A stretch of 64,000 nt of DNA from Stylophora pistillata (lineage: Eukaryota): assembly GCF_002571385.2 (NCBI RefSeq), contig NW_019217946.1, forward strand, positions 295,427-359,426, given 5' to 3'. Below, piece by piece: positions 12,708-26,990 of this stretch (position 1 is the stretch's first letter; every line of letters starts with the position of its first letter). The translations under genes were made by a program, and so were the position numbers. The notes beneath the pieces are model-generated. The model had not been told where the DNA came from. It saw only the letters and a program-made list of their open reading frames with translations, and searched no databases.

Positions 12708-14435
12708 CCTGTAAGAACAGTTTGGACGGGTAGGATATTGAAAAACGAACTAATTACACCGTAGAGGTCTAAATGGAACTTTTTCTTCCTGCCTTAAGTA
12801 GGAGGGATTGCCCATAAATAAAATGTTTGGTATCGTGGTAAGGATAGCGATAGCTTGAAAGCGCTTTTGGAAATTTTATTACCCATGATCCCCATCATGT
12901 GCCTCAACATAGTGCCTCCGAATAGCAGACACGTGTTTCAATGTTTGATTTCACGCGTACTTTACTACCCTGGTAATAAAACATTCACTTAGTCTTCAAT
13001 GTTCTTGAAATGAGAAAAGTCATAATTTTCTTGTTTTAAATAAGCTATAAATTGACAAAGAGTAGAGTCATATTTATACATAAATAAACGATAGACATAA
13101 GAAAAGTCTTCTTGTGACGTTTTGATGACTTCCAATCGTAACCTAAATTAAATGGGGCCTTTTGCTTGTTTAGCATTGGGTGATCATGACCCTCTCTGGG
13201 CTCCTACGCTGCTGTGCTCGTATACTTTGCTTAAGTATGCATTGGAATGTTGGCCAAGGAAGAGAACAAGTCGTAATCAAGGCTACCAACTCTTTAATTA
13301 GTACCCATCAATTAAGAATGGGGTTAACAAATCGTCATTTAAGGTTATTCTCTTTCTTACTAATCAAAATGCGCACTGAGCCCGATAAAATACAAAATTT
13401 TATTGATTTGACGACAAAAGATCGCTCTAGTTATATTTGATGCACGTTTTTTAGCCTTGTGTGATCTTATTTCCTGAGTTTCTAAATCTTTTGGGGGTGT
13501 AAACATAACAAAGGCAACCAGCCCTTTAAGCTATCTTCTTATATTCTTCTTGCACTTATTTCCTAAGACATTAATCACCTCAGATACTTTCTGTTGAAGC
13601 TTTTTTTTTCGTTCTGTCATGGGTCATATTTTTATAAATCTCATTCCTGACCTCTCGACCAGTCCCATGAGTGAAAATTCAGAATTGTCACGTCGTGAAG
13701 GTAATTATGTGAAGATAAGGGGACCAAAGAGGAATATCCTAAACCAATGAAATCAGATAATTCCAGATTGTAAGCAGAGTGAGCACTGAGACATCGAATA
13801 ATTTGTTCTGTTTGGGCATTACTACCTTAGAAACCTAAAGCTGGCTACACTTTCAAAAACGACATTAAGAGAGCTTGGTTTGTACGCTGCAGGGTAAGTC
13901 TCCAAAGCTTACTGTTTGAGCGATCCTTTCACGAACTAAGCTTAAATTTCACAAACTTAAATAAGCTAGAATTCCCCTTCATTTGGGAAGTCTTTCGGGC
14001 CTACTTCTCGCATAACCCAACCGAATCAAATCGATTTGAAGAAGCTCATTCAAAGCTTATGTTAAAGAAAGGTGAGTTCGATCATGAGAGGGATCGAACG
14101 AGTCTTACATCTGATGCAGCAGAGAAACAAAAGAAAAGCAGGTTTTGTTTCAAATCTTACCTAAAAGAAAGGAAAAAAGAAAAATGGGGAAGAATTCATG
14201 CGTTGAAAAGTCCTTGACATACCAGCATCTCAGTGACCAGCACATGAGGTAATTTTTTTTGTAGTCGATCAAGTTGTCAATACGTATATTTCTCGGTCAA
14301 TACATATATTATGGTGTTGTTTCCACAGACGAGTAACTTTTGGAAAGAAATATTGGAAAAATACAGAGGAAAGCCGAGAAACTGACCTATTTTTTGCATC
14401 CGTGAATCTCAGTCTAAACTTTGTGACCTTTATAG

Positions 14436-17400
14436 GTTGGTATCAATTCTTGCTCGTATATTTATCATTTTATCTGATTTTTTTACTACCATGTAAGACT
14501 ATTTCCGATTAGTTATTATTACGGTATGAAACGAATTATAAGTTCTTTAGCAATTTAAACTGTGCTAGTATATTCCTTCCTATACATTTTTGGCCTCAAA
14601 ATTCAAGGAATCGCAACGTGTCGAGTGGCGATAGAATTAGCTTCAAAATCTCTAGCATGCGATCGCCAATCTAACCGAGATGGTATCAAATCACTTGTCT
14701 CGATGTCGATGAAACCTGAACGTAAACGTACAGATATATATTTTCTCTCCGAAGGTAAAACGAAATGAGCTGTTTCTGGTCCATAGCAACGATTATACTC
14801 TTACAATGCGGTAAGTTTACATCACTGCATTTTCTTTTACCGTAAATCGGAGCGAAATCATATCCTTCCAGTTCTGTGGTATCTGATAGATGAACAGAAC
14901 GGCCTTGCGTTGCACAAAAGCCATCGGAGAATTCGGAAAAATACTTAAATATATAGGATAGATGGTTACAGCCTCGATCCTAGACGTACTCATATTAGTA
15001 ATTTGCCAGGGTACGATACATAAATTATGGACTGAGGAGCGACCTGTGTCAACCATTGCCTTAGAATTATTTCGGAAAGATTGAACTTTTCGCTGTTTCT
15101 TCGAGTTATATCTCACTCTTTCCATTTTTATTCAATTTGTCAGTAATAAAAGTGTTAAGCGAACCTCACAAAGAACACCAAAAAAACAACGCTTTGCACG
15201 ATGAAAGACACACAGGACATAAAATGCATCTCCGGCACAAGACTCATGGAAGACACAGTGCATCGAAACATACAGCAGCAGCCAGTGCGCAGAGAGAAAC
15301 TGTCCCAAGTCCAGTTCAAGACTTTGTTCTCGTCAGTGGGAGTCCTCTGTTTCACGAACGATCTCGAGCCAGTGATAGCAAGGCTAATGCCACAATAGCG
15401 CAAGAAGCAAAAGATCAGAAAGTACCGCAGATGGCTCAAGGGAACAAAACGGCTGCAAACCAGACACTCGCACAGGGACAACAAACTCTTGCTAGCAAGC
15501 AGGAACCAACGCAGCAGCAAAAGCAAGAATCAAGTGGGCTAACTGATAACTCCGGAACAGCTAAAGCAAATGGAAATAGCACTCAAGGACCATCAGAATC
15601 GTCTAAGCCTTCCCCAGCATTTGTCCAAGAATTGGCAAAGAAGATTAAAGAAAGTCTGAATAAAGGAAAGGATGAAGGAAAGAAGGAAAACGGGACACAA
15701 TCTATTACCCCAGCCGTATCTTTAACATTGCAAACGCCCGGAAAAACTAATGCATCCAACGGAGTAGTGGTTGGTTTAGAAAACAAACCTGTTACTAATG
15801 CTGAGCAAGGAAAACCCGTCGGTAAGAATGCCTCCGTGCCGGTTATCACTATTTCGCCCAGTGGGCAGAATACTGAGAGTTTAAGTCCCGATAGTGATGG
15901 GAAAAAAGGAAACAAAACAACCACAACTACTGTTTCTGACGTGAAGCCTGAAGCCCAAGTTAAGAAACCAAGCAATGGAAATTTTCCTTTTAACGTGCCT
16001 GGAGTTCGAAATGCCGGTAATGGGACAGTTGATAACATAGGAGTGGATTCCACCAATCAAATAGAAAAAGACAAGAAACTTGGGCTCCATGAAAGCCTTG
16101 GGCCCAACTGTCACTGGAAGACTACAAAAGGGGCCAATGGTGCTTTAATCACATCAGTTCAATGTTCAGGAGAATTTCACAGACCTGAGGCTAACAAAGG
16201 CGGCTCGGACGAAGTAGCCAAAAATCCGCAGCCTGGTGATGCTTCTAAAGTTGGTCTCAAGGAAAGTTCCAGTCAGCAGCATACAGCCGTGAATACCTCG
16301 GTTTCTGAGACCAGCAAAAGTAACAAGGAAATTCAAATGCAAAGTAAGTGTAAACGATATTTATTGCTTTACCGAGAGGTTTATAAACGGCGAGACTCAA
16401 TCTGTGAAAAAGGTAATCACCATGCCAAATACTAATAGATGAAAGCCATAGTTCACGCATATCGGCATTTTCGAAAAAAGTCTTTTCTGAAAGAAACTGC
16501 CTAAAGATTGGTAAATGGATGGTTTGAGTCTGTTCGAAGAGGGAGTTGAATTAAAAGATATTACGTAGGGAATGCTGATTGTCCATCCAATTCTCAAATC
16601 TAACATTAATAGAAATGTATGTAAAAGAGTGTGAAGAATCGATATTTAGATCTTGGGAGTGAAAGGATTTTAAAAAACATTGGTGCAAGCGAGTAATTTT
16701 ATCGTCACGCTATTAGGTGATGAGGAGTTTGAAATGGAAGCACTTGGCACGACTAACGCGTTCCGTAAGATACACCGCGCCCTTCCAATTAAACTCGATC
16801 CGAAGCTTAATCTGGAAGCAAGGAAATATGCCGAAAGGATTGCTGGGATGGGCTCGCTTCAGCATGACTATGATGCCGTGAGACAAAGTGACGAAGGAGA
16901 GAATCTTGCAATGGGTTGTAAGGAGTATGGAGTACCTTTAACCGCCAAGGAGGCCATAACAAACTGGTCAGATCAATACTATGAATTCTAAAAAAAAAAC
17001 TTAGGTGCCCTTTTCTTTATCGATAAAAGACTCATCTAAAGAGTACTTTACCAATGATGGATAGATTTTCGACAAGTAAACGTGGTTTGGTCACTTCAGA
17101 CTAAGCAAAAGTCCAGAGAGTTTTTCTTAATCGTTTTAATATTCTCCAAAAGTGTTCCTCAACTGACTCAGATAATAAAAATATTTACGCTAGACAAGAT
17201 AGTAATTTTGAGACATACACACCACTATCAAATCACTTATCCTCGACATGTTTAAAGAGGACACAGGGAAACAAGGCTGCCTCCATCACGTTTAGTCTTA
17301 ACCATACAATTCCAAGGAAAAAGTTAAACAAGGCTGGGTCGAGAAAAATTTTCAGTTGTCTTTCACATCAGGTAACGAGCAATTTAGATTTCAACCACCC

Positions 17401-17868
17401 GATCTAGTGACGTTTCCTCTTTAAAACATATTGATTGATTGTTATTATCCAAAAGGAGTTTAAGTAGCCCCTGCAAAAGCAAAATGCTCCACGCATGCGC
17501 CTATGTGACCTCAACATGTTTAAGTGGTGAGAAGTGAACCTGTACACATGTGCCTGTATGAACTATTTCCTCAAGATGGAGTTGTTTCCGTTTTGTCCCC
17601 ATTTAGGTATAATGAGGTGTGCTCCTACGATTTTGACCGTGGAGAGTTCAGTATGTCTTCAGGCCATTTCACGCAGGTTGTCTGGGCTGACAGTCATGAG
17701 TTCGGGATTGGAAAGGCAGCTGGATACCAGAACGGAATGCCGTGCGTTTTCGTGGTGGGACGCTTCAAGCCGTCTGGAAATTACAATGGGGAGTACAAGA
17801 AGAACGTTTTCAAAGGAACATTTGATTCAAGTTATTGCGATAAATTGCGAGATAAAAAGCTTCTATAG
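14436..17868 (+). CDS. Secreted CAP protein 2 with ~400-aa low-complexity N-terminus (start codon uncertain)
   Basis: Hydrophobic exon 14436-14492 (WYQFLLVYLSFYLIFLLP), then exons 15144-16343, 16717-16966, 17607-17868. Motifs GENLAMGC, W|YNEVC, GHFTQVVW. Possible ATG at 14244 via an exon extended from acceptor 14329. Confidence 0.82.
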
Positions 17869-19801
17869 GACACGCTGATACCTAAAGATTAACAGAAGAG
17901 TGAAGACACGGTGTCTCATGTGGGAAAGAGCAAGAGACTATTGTAATGTTATGAGATAAATTAAAGTAAAGTTAAAGTAAAGTAAAGAGAGAAAGTCGTG
18001 TATGAGGCTGTCAAAGCCTTAAAATAATGGAAACCAGTAATAATGGACAAACTCTTTTTTTCTGATTCTCATACTGTAACATTTTTAGACCAGGTGATAA
18101 TGTGTAAGTACGCAAATAAACATATCGTCTGTCAGCATTGTGTACTAGCTAGTATGTGAAGATTTTCAACTTTAGTTTTAGTAGTGACTAATTGGTAATT
18201 AAGCCAGAAAGATACCGTTTTTTGGATTTATACTGGAGCGTAACACAAGCAAATTTTTTAGTCCCCACAAGAAGATGAACCTTAAATGACATTTTTTCGC
18301 CTTGTCCTGAGGTTGACCTATAGGAGAAATTCTAAGTCAAGAATTTAATTACTTTCTCAGCTCTTTAGTGTACAGGGTTTTCGGATTGAGAGAAGTAAGA
18401 CTAATAACTACGTCATAACTCAACAGCCATGCAGTTAGAACAGGGAAACTATTACGTATGGAATTGAAAGCATGCAAATTATCCTATGCACGGGAAAACG
18501 CAAGCCTGTGAATACTGGAAATTTCTTCAAATCAATAGCCAACAAAATTTGTTTGGATCCGTTTGACACTTCAAAACAACCTCTGATACTCTATGTGGCC
18601 GTTCTGTGAAAAGTCGACTAAAAGCGCCTTCGGTCGTATCTTCAAGCGGTAGACAAAGGAAAAAGATGAGGTTTCGATTCTATATTTTAAACACCATGAT
18701 AACATAAACTCAAGCGGCAAGTCATTCACGAATTTCTTTATACCTTAAAATGGCAAATTTTACGTTGAAGTAATATTATCAAATACTTCATTTTTGTTTC
18801 ATTTGATTTTATTTCCTGGTTGTAAGGAAGTTTATTTTCACCATGACAATTTGCAGTCGCGACGTTAACAACAGATAGAGAGAGGAAGACATTTTCAAGA
18901 AGTCAGGTATCTTAAATGTGTTTGCACAAGAAACGAGATGGAATGAGAAATGAATAGTAACCGACTTCAAAAAGAATCGACCATTTTTAACTGCGAAGTT
19001 TACCTTAAGGTCATGTCGATTGACTTAAAAAACGACTTTTCATATGTGATCAAAATTAAGCAAAGACAACTGGAAGTCATGTCGTTTTTGTCCGCGTTTC
19101 AAAAAAGGGTATAGCGTGACCACGTTAATTTGACTAAAAAAGCCATTTATTTATTTCATTTCATTTTTATTTAGCTTGTTTTTTAGTTGACAATTTATCT
19201 TGAGATCTGAAGTGACTAAAATTCCTACAGAAGTTCTTGAGTAATTTTACAAGTGGTACTTTAACGGTTATTACCAGTGCAATTGTTATGAAAAGAGAGA
19301 AAAATAACAGAATACAAGACAGGAATAAATGTGTGTCAAGTTAAAAAGTGGAAAACTGGAATTCTCTCCAGTAACAACTACCCTGGTTTTTAGTTGCCTC
19401 GATTAAAAGAAAATATTTCAAGTAAGACCTTGAACGGTAGCCAGATTTGCCGGAAGACCTAACCATTTCGTGTTTCGTCGGAACAGTTCCCTAAAGAAAT
19501 AATGATATCTGTCCAAGCATGAAATATTAAGAATTGCTTCTTCAAAACTACCAGTTGTCAACTAGTACTTAACTTGTACTCAATTGTTGAAGATCTCAGA
19601 CACCCGCTGTGCATGCTTCAAGGCTGGTTGACTCAGTGAGTGGCTTTGAATGGCGAAAAGTTAAAATCCAAAGCTCAAGGGATGAAAAAACCATGGCATA
19701 GTGCGACATTAAGTTTGATTTCAGGGAAAGGACACTAGAAGCTTGATGTGACATACAGATAAAAATGGGACAGCAAGGAAGAAACTCTCCTTTCCTTTAG
19801 T

Positions 19802-22010
19802 ATGAAGACACCTTTGAAATTCTGGACTAGATTAGTGTTGCTTTGTCTAGTAAACCTTTTGCTTGCGGGTAAGTCTGCAAAGCAGGTAGAGGGAAGAGGA
19901 TTATCAATTCATATTAACACTAACTGATGGTAATTAACAGATACTTGTACTCCTTAGTGCTTGCATGAGTGAACAGCATCAGATTGTCATCTTTGAAATT
20001 AGGGACTATGCATCTTACAAAGCTACTTTAAAGGTTTTTTTACCGAAGTGTAATTATGTAATGCTTTGTCTGGGACGCAAACCACTGATCAGAATTGGTT
20101 TTCCGGACTGATCGACTTATTAAGAACACCGTGCGTTTTGAAGTAGTCTTAGTTGCCCGGAATTATCTGTAAATTTCCAAATCGTATCCACTTTCATGCG
20201 TTTCTGAATTCCTTTACGGAATTATAATAATGATGATAATTGACGCTTGAAAAGAAGGTCAATTTGTTCTTAAATTCTCTGGTCTTTCGATGAAAATAAT
20301 GGTTAGCGCGCCAACTTTCTTGCTTTCATCAAATCTCTCTTGGGCCTTTTGCCGTGTTTCCATTTAAAAAACGATACCCGTCAACCGTTTAAAACTAATA
20401 CGTAGCTTTATTTTCTAACTAAGTGGTCCTGAATTACATTTCTTTCACGTGCTCTACTCTCTATAGAGTATATGGACTGAATAAATCATGTGTTCGATTC
20501 GCAGGATATGCAGATTCCTATGGCCAGAATGCTGGAATTGATTAATTTCACCAACCGAATGAAGAGAGTGTGTGGGAGATCCCTTCAGTGTCTCATCTTC
20601 TAACAGGCTTGGATGTCTTCCAGCAATTGAGTTCAAATGGTAAATCTGCAGCTGTTGATTACAAAACCGCCAAAAAACCTACAATTATGCCTTGGCGATC
20701 TCCTAAAGTTTTTATGAAGCTTTTATCTAATCGTAAAAAATATATTCACGAGTGGCTTCATAAGTTTCTGGCTTTAAGAATGAATTACAGGCAAGACATG
20801 AAACAGTCATCACGTAACTCCAAAGAACGCCCTAAGAAAGTGGGAAGTTTTCAAATTTCTGACGAGAGGGTAAATGGAAGAGGCGAATATGCCATTTCAC
20901 CTGACCAAAAAGACTTTGAACTAAAACTGAATCTTAGAATAAATGGAAAACAGCGACATCAGCAGCAGCATAAGCAAGAACAGCAACAAAAACCGAACCA
21001 GAATCTACGAACACAGCGACCACCACAGCCACACCAACCAAGGCCAACTACAGCAAATTGCATTCGTAAGTAAAGCTGTTTCTCCGTAGCTAGACCCCTT
21101 TTTAATGAACGTTAGCAATTAGCGCTACACGCATGGAATCTTCCCTCTTCAACAACTGTGTGCCTAAAATTGGTGAGCATCCTTATGTTGACAATGTTGT
21201 TATCCATGAATTACTATAAAATAGCACAGTTGTTCACTTCGTTTTCTGTAGGAAAGAAAACGTTTTCTTTTTTATCCATCTATTATCAGATTCCCCGTTT
21301 GAACAAGAAGCCTTACGCATACACAACAGATACCGAACAATGCACGGTGCTCCTGCGCTGATATTGAACTGTGACATGAGTAAAAATGCAACGAATTACG
21401 CCCGCACACTGGCAGATATGGACGCTCTGGTGCAGTCAGGAGATACTGAAAGACCCAATCAAGGCGAAAATCTTTCTCTTGGTTGCCATGGTACTAGGGA
21501 GCAGACCGCCGAGGAAGCAATAAAAACATGGTATGTCCGTCTCAAGTCTGTCTTATTTGTGTAGGTATTGGTTACTCCCACCTTTTTTTCAGGTTTCTTT
21601 GAAAGTTCGCTGGTAGCCAATCATCTTTCTCGGAGAGGGAGACTCTTGATTATCTTGATGCTGTATTGTTCTGATGCAGGTTTGATGAAGTGTGCCAGTA
21701 CACATTTGGCAAACAGGGTCCACAGTCGGGTACCAATCATTTCACGCAGCTGGTCTGGAAAGAAAGCAGGGAGTTGGGAATTGGGAGAGCATCCAACAAG
21801 CAACCTAATGGAGAAACTTGCACCTTTATTGTTGCTCGCTATAAGCCTTTAGGAAACTTTGAAAATGGTGATGATGCCTACGTGAAAAATATCCAGAAGG
21901 GAACGTTTGATGAAACTTATTGCAGAAATATTCCGAAAGCAGGTTTAGAAGGAGGATATGGTTTCAAGAGATTTCAAAGTCCAAATTTCAATGGGACTTA
22001 TGGTGGATGA
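19802..22010 (+). CDS. Secreted CAP protein 3 (~365 aa), Q/P-rich linker
   Basis: Exons 19802-19868 (MKTPLKFWTRLVLLCLVNLLLA), 20607-21065, 21290-21530, 21680-22010 (1098 nt). Motifs HNRYR, GENLSLGC, W|FDEVC, NHFTQLVW. Confidence 0.82.
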
Positions 22011-23952
22011 AATACAGAAACTCTTACTCTATATTGTTCTCCCAAATCCAGTTAGGACATTTAATTGTTTCCTATACGAATTAATGAGAATAGACCAAGA
22101 TACATAGGATAAAAGAAAAATAAAAACAAACAAACAAACAAGTATTGAATAAATAAAAATTAAAATACAGTAGAGGGATAACTCTATGTTATATTTAGTC
22201 TGGGATCCGTTATACATTTTATTTTAGCAAAAAAAGTTATTTCCGGACCTCACCTAAATGCGTTGAGCTTTGTAATCAGTTAGCAAACCGCTTATTCACA
22301 TCACTAAAACTATCACCCCAGCCAAAACAGAGGTCACAAGGAATTTAACATTCAAACTCCTATGCCACTTCCATCTCCGTTCACGGTTACAAGGGGAGAA
22401 GAATGAAAACATCTGATTCTCATATGAGAAAAGGAGCTTCGGACTTTCGGATTTTAGGTTCTGATGGTCGAGGCTTGAGGTACAGAACTATTTGAAAAGC
22501 CAGGCCATAGGTGCACACGTAACGGTTGTCTTCTCAGGGAGGTGCTACAGCTTGGGACCATTAGAATTTTATTTAATTTCCTTCGAGTCGCAGGCAATGA
22601 TTGAATGTGAACAAACTTTCTTACGGTTTTTAAAGTACCTTCGAACTTCAATGTCAAAAATGACTGAAGATCCTCTGCCGCCTTAGGATATTAAAGATCA
22701 AATCGTCTTTAGTAAAATGTACGTTTTTCTAACTCTAATTTTCTTCAAAGATAATTTAGTATTCTTTAACTAGTAAACAATTTCTTGCTAAAGCATCCTC
22801 CCCTTTGTGAGCTCTGAGCAATAGAACGGTTCATTTAAATTAATCTTTCCTGCAAAAACTGGTTACTAATGATAGTTCAAATAGGAAACTTCTACTGAAT
22901 GTGATCTTGACATTACCTGCCAGCTGTTAAAAAACCTAGCTTACATCGTCTCAATTTCGCTATAGACTTGTTAGTTGAGACCGTTTTCGAAAATTAAACT
23001 TTTTTCTTCACTCAGAGGATAAGGACGTCCCTTCAATTCATAAAACCTCATACGTTAGAAATGTTTTAAGCAAATGTCATATCACGTAAGTTCTACTCAG
23101 CCTCGAGCTATAAAATTGTGAAGATGGTCCCACAGCTGCAACGCATTGTTCAAAAAAGGAAACCTCTGCGGTGATAACTATTGTCTATTGCACTATTCTC
23201 TCCAATATTTCCGACGGGACAAAGAGTAATAGATGAAATAGTGGATGAAGATGACTTATGCTCACAACTTGAAAGAGTAGAGACAAAGCATTGCAGAGTA
23301 GAGGTGTAATCTGGGGAGGATAATCTTATGAAATAGTCACATAAATACACCACCCGACGTTTGGGAACAAACTAGAAGAATTACAAACACAGAGGACCTG
23401 GAGCGCTGTCCAATAGACCGTGTTAGGTATTTGAATCATGAATTTTTTATCACTTTTCCTCGGATATCTTCACACTATCATAAGAAGCCCTTGAATTTGA
23501 ACTCGTTATCTTAAACAGGTGTTTACTTGTGCAAACAGTGCACGGAGATACCTATAACAGATTTCAAAAAGAAGAAATAAATTTAACAAGAAAAGAAAGA
23601 TCTCAGGTAGCAGGCTGTTTTAAGTCGCGGACAAAGAGGTATGTGTACACATTTTTCATCAAACATTCCGGAAAGGAAAGAAAGGAATTTTTCATAGCAT
23701 GAACGCCATTTAAACGGTGCATATCGTGTTGCATTGCTTTGACGACTAAAGTGATTCTTCTAGATCGAGTTTACATCTTGCTTGAAAGTGATATTACTTC
23801 GATTGAAACAATACAATGTTAATTTCTTTTACTTTTGATGTTGTTGGATTGACACCGTGAAATTTTCATTCGTTTTAAGGCTTTGTTTTAAGTGAGACAC
23901 TTGAACAAGACAAGAGGTGAATCTTGAAATTTGATCTTCGACACTTGAGGGT

Positions 23953-26738
23953 ATGAAAGCTTGGATTGTCAACATCTGTGTGCTTTCCTTCCTGTTAGGT
24001 ATGCAATTCAAAGCTAGCTACTCTAGCGAGTAAATCGAAAGTTTGATTAAGCAGTAGTTACGATGTAATACTGTCGCTGAAAGTTTTTATTCGAAAAAAG
24101 TCCTTACACATTCTAAAATAGTGGAAAAGTCTGAAATCATTTTAACTGGAACGCTTATCGACCTTCATAGCCTTCCAAAACACTTAATAAGTCAACTTTG
24201 GTTGCTGTTAAACGTCTTTTGTTTACTCTGGTTATATCCTTAAGAACTCCGGCACCGGTTCTTAATTATCAAATGTAAAGTACTTTCCATAGACCCAAAA
24301 TTGAGGTTGCGTGCACTATTTACACTCTGACCATGCCATTTTCTATGCGCTTCTTGTTCTAGTGTTAAATTGTAACTCAGCCGGTGGTACTTAAGCTAAA
24401 CTATATCTGCAACTGAGTCCTATACAATCTGGATCTGAAAACTTCTTGAAGATGTTTATAATCGTTGGTATTTTTTATTGACATATCTCAAGGTTTGTCA
24501 GTCTTATTTAAATTCCTCTTTTAATAAAAAAATCTATGACGATCTCGTCCATTTATTTTTGTAAGTTCTTCCCATTTTTAGTTCAGGTTTACGCTGACCA
24601 CTCCTCGAAAGACGAAAAAAGGGAAAATCTAGGTTTCCGCCCGGTGCACTTTTCTGCTGTTGGTCTGCCTCTAGGAGACAATCCAGCCAATGGAGGAGCG
24701 CCATCGACAGGAGCTTTTAAAATCCAAGATGGAAACGTTGTCGGTATGTATGCAGTACGATGACGAATGTCTCAACCCTCGTCAAAACAAATTGAAATGA
24801 GTGAAATGATCGAAAGGGGCGTTTCGGGTCCTGGCTATTGTCCTTGAGTGATGATACTTTGGCACCAAGTCATGTGAACCACGATGAAAACAAAAAAAAA
24901 ATCCCTCTATTTCATAGGTGCAGGTACGTATGAGTTTGAACCGGATGGTGTGGATGTCGATATCGGTCTGAAAATATCAAACAAAGCGCCTGGTGCACCT
25001 GGAGGGGCCGGGGCAGGCGGAGGACCAGGTGCAGGCGGAGGACCACGGGCTGGTGGAGGACCGGGTGCAGCTGGTACCCCGAGGCCAGCGCTTTGTCCGG
25101 TACCCTGTTCACAAACTAAACCAACACAGGCGCCTTCAGCTACTCCCGGTGGTGCTGCAGCCCCTGGTGGCGTAACACCGGGTAGCACCACACCTGGGGG
25201 ATCCACACCGAGTGGATCCACACCAGGTGGCGTCACGCCCGGTGGTGCTACACCAACTGGTGGAGGAGGTGCTGGAGGAACAGGGCCTACACAAGGAGTC
25301 ACTACACCTAAAACTGGAGGAGGAGCTGCCACAACACCACCAAGTAGCGGTGGTGGAGGTATCAGGGTATTCTGTTTGTAATCTATGCTCACTCTCTCTG
25401 ATTCTTTAAGCCCACGGTAATATATCAGTTCCACGTCGATATTCATAGAAATCGTGTCTAAGGCAGCAAAGCTTCAATAAGAAATGAAATATTCGAAGCT
25501 TCTGCGTTTCCAAAGTGTCTCCTTTAGCTTCCTGAGAGGTACCAAGAGGCATGGGGGGACATTAAAGCATAACCAATGAAAATGAATATTAAGATTACCA
25601 GAAGAACAAAACAAAAAAAAATGGTTTCTGAATTCAAACATAGGAGATCCCTTCCTCTTGATCCTTTCCGTACAAAGCTGCAACTTAGAGCATTGCTTTC
25701 TAATGCTTTTAGGATCAGACGAAGAGCAAGCACTGAGAAAACATAACGAATATCGAAGAAGGCACGGTGTTCCGGAAATGAAGCTAAATGCCGAGATGAG
25801 CAAGGCTGCAGCGGCATATGCCCAAAAAATTGCCCAGATGGGTGCACTGAAGCACGCCTCACGAGAAGAAAGAAACGAGGACGGGGAAAATCTGTCCATG
25901 GGCTGTGATAGTGATGGTCAAACAACAGCTGAAGCTACTACAAATTGGTAAAAAAAAAAAAAGTTTTTTTAAATTTGTAAGCCTGTATGCTAATTTGTCA
26001 TCTTATTTCTTTGAAAATTCTGGCCATTCCTGAGTTGGTCATTCGGTTTTACGGCTGGACTGTTGGTTGGTTGATCAGTTATTCATGGGAGTGGTTCGTT
26101 AGGAGGCTGTTCTTAAGAAATCGTCAGTTTGTTTATAGAGTGGTGAATCAGTCGTTCAGGCAGCCAGCTAAAGAGTCAATTAGTCTGTCAGTTTGTCAGT
26201 AAGTCATGCAGTCAGTCAAATTATATTAGTCATCCATGATCAGTTGATGAGACCATGGGGGAAAATCATTATTCATATGTACAGTACTTTTTTTCTGGAG
26301 TAGTCTGTCACACAGGTAGAAAAGTTAAAAGCGTACAAGAAAATTAGACACCGATGCTGGCCGATATTTCTTTTTCTCATCCACGTTTTTCTGCAAAGGT
26401 ACAACGAAGTCTGTGAATATGGATACTCCTTTGGCCAACCAAGCGGAACTGGAGGGACTGGCCACTTTACTCAAGTTATTTGGAAGGGAAGTGTCGAGCT
26501 CGGTATTGGAAAAGCAGACATCGATAAGGATGGAATGAAATGCTCCTACATTGTAGGTCGTTACAAACCAGCTGGGAATATGATTGGAGATTACGCTGAA
26601 AACGTACCTAAGGGCTCCTTTGATAAAGCCAAGGATTGTACAGGTGTTAAAAGGACGATTATGCAATACTTGTCGCCACGCTCCAAGATTCACCACAAGA
26701 AACGAGCAAGCAAATCACACAAACACGAACATAGATAA
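23953..26738 (+). CDS. Secreted CAP protein 4 (~407 aa), G/P/T-rich linker
   Basis: Exons 23953-23998, 24582-24743, 24918-25358, 25713-25947, 26399-26738 (1224 nt). Signal MKAWIVNICVLSFLLVQVYA; motifs HNEYR, GENLSMGC, W|YNEVC, GHFTQVIW. Confidence 0.88.
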
Positions 26739-26879
26739 TGTGACTGCAGTGGACACAATGCAGACAAAAAAATTGCTGGATGCATAAACAGAGCCTCCTT
26801 ACTCTAATTCCATGTTGAAAAAAAAATAAATTTAGAGACTTATATGTTTAGTGCTGGGGAGTGGAGAGTGATTCTTTTC

Positions 26880-26990
26880 CATGAACTCAGCTCTCTTTTG
26901 TCAAAAATTTCCGATCTTTTTGTCGTTAAACAGGATGGTAGCGAATATGAACCGTTTACACTTGGTGGTTTCAAACGAAGCTTTCAACTG
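26880..26990 (+). pseudogene. Short relic of a Crypton/DUF3504-type tyrosine recombinase coding sequence
   Basis: Translates LFVVKQDGSEYEPFTLGGFKRSF, matching the N-terminal block seen at ~52870-52940 (VRKEDGQEYNGKTLYEILSSI). Confidence 0.5.

Noticed and set aside
20505-20606. Apparent premature TAA (20543-20545) making CAP3 a pseudogene if the acceptor ending near 20504 is used
   Set aside because: A stronger phase-compatible acceptor (tctcatcttctaacag|20607) skips the stop and gives an intact ORF.
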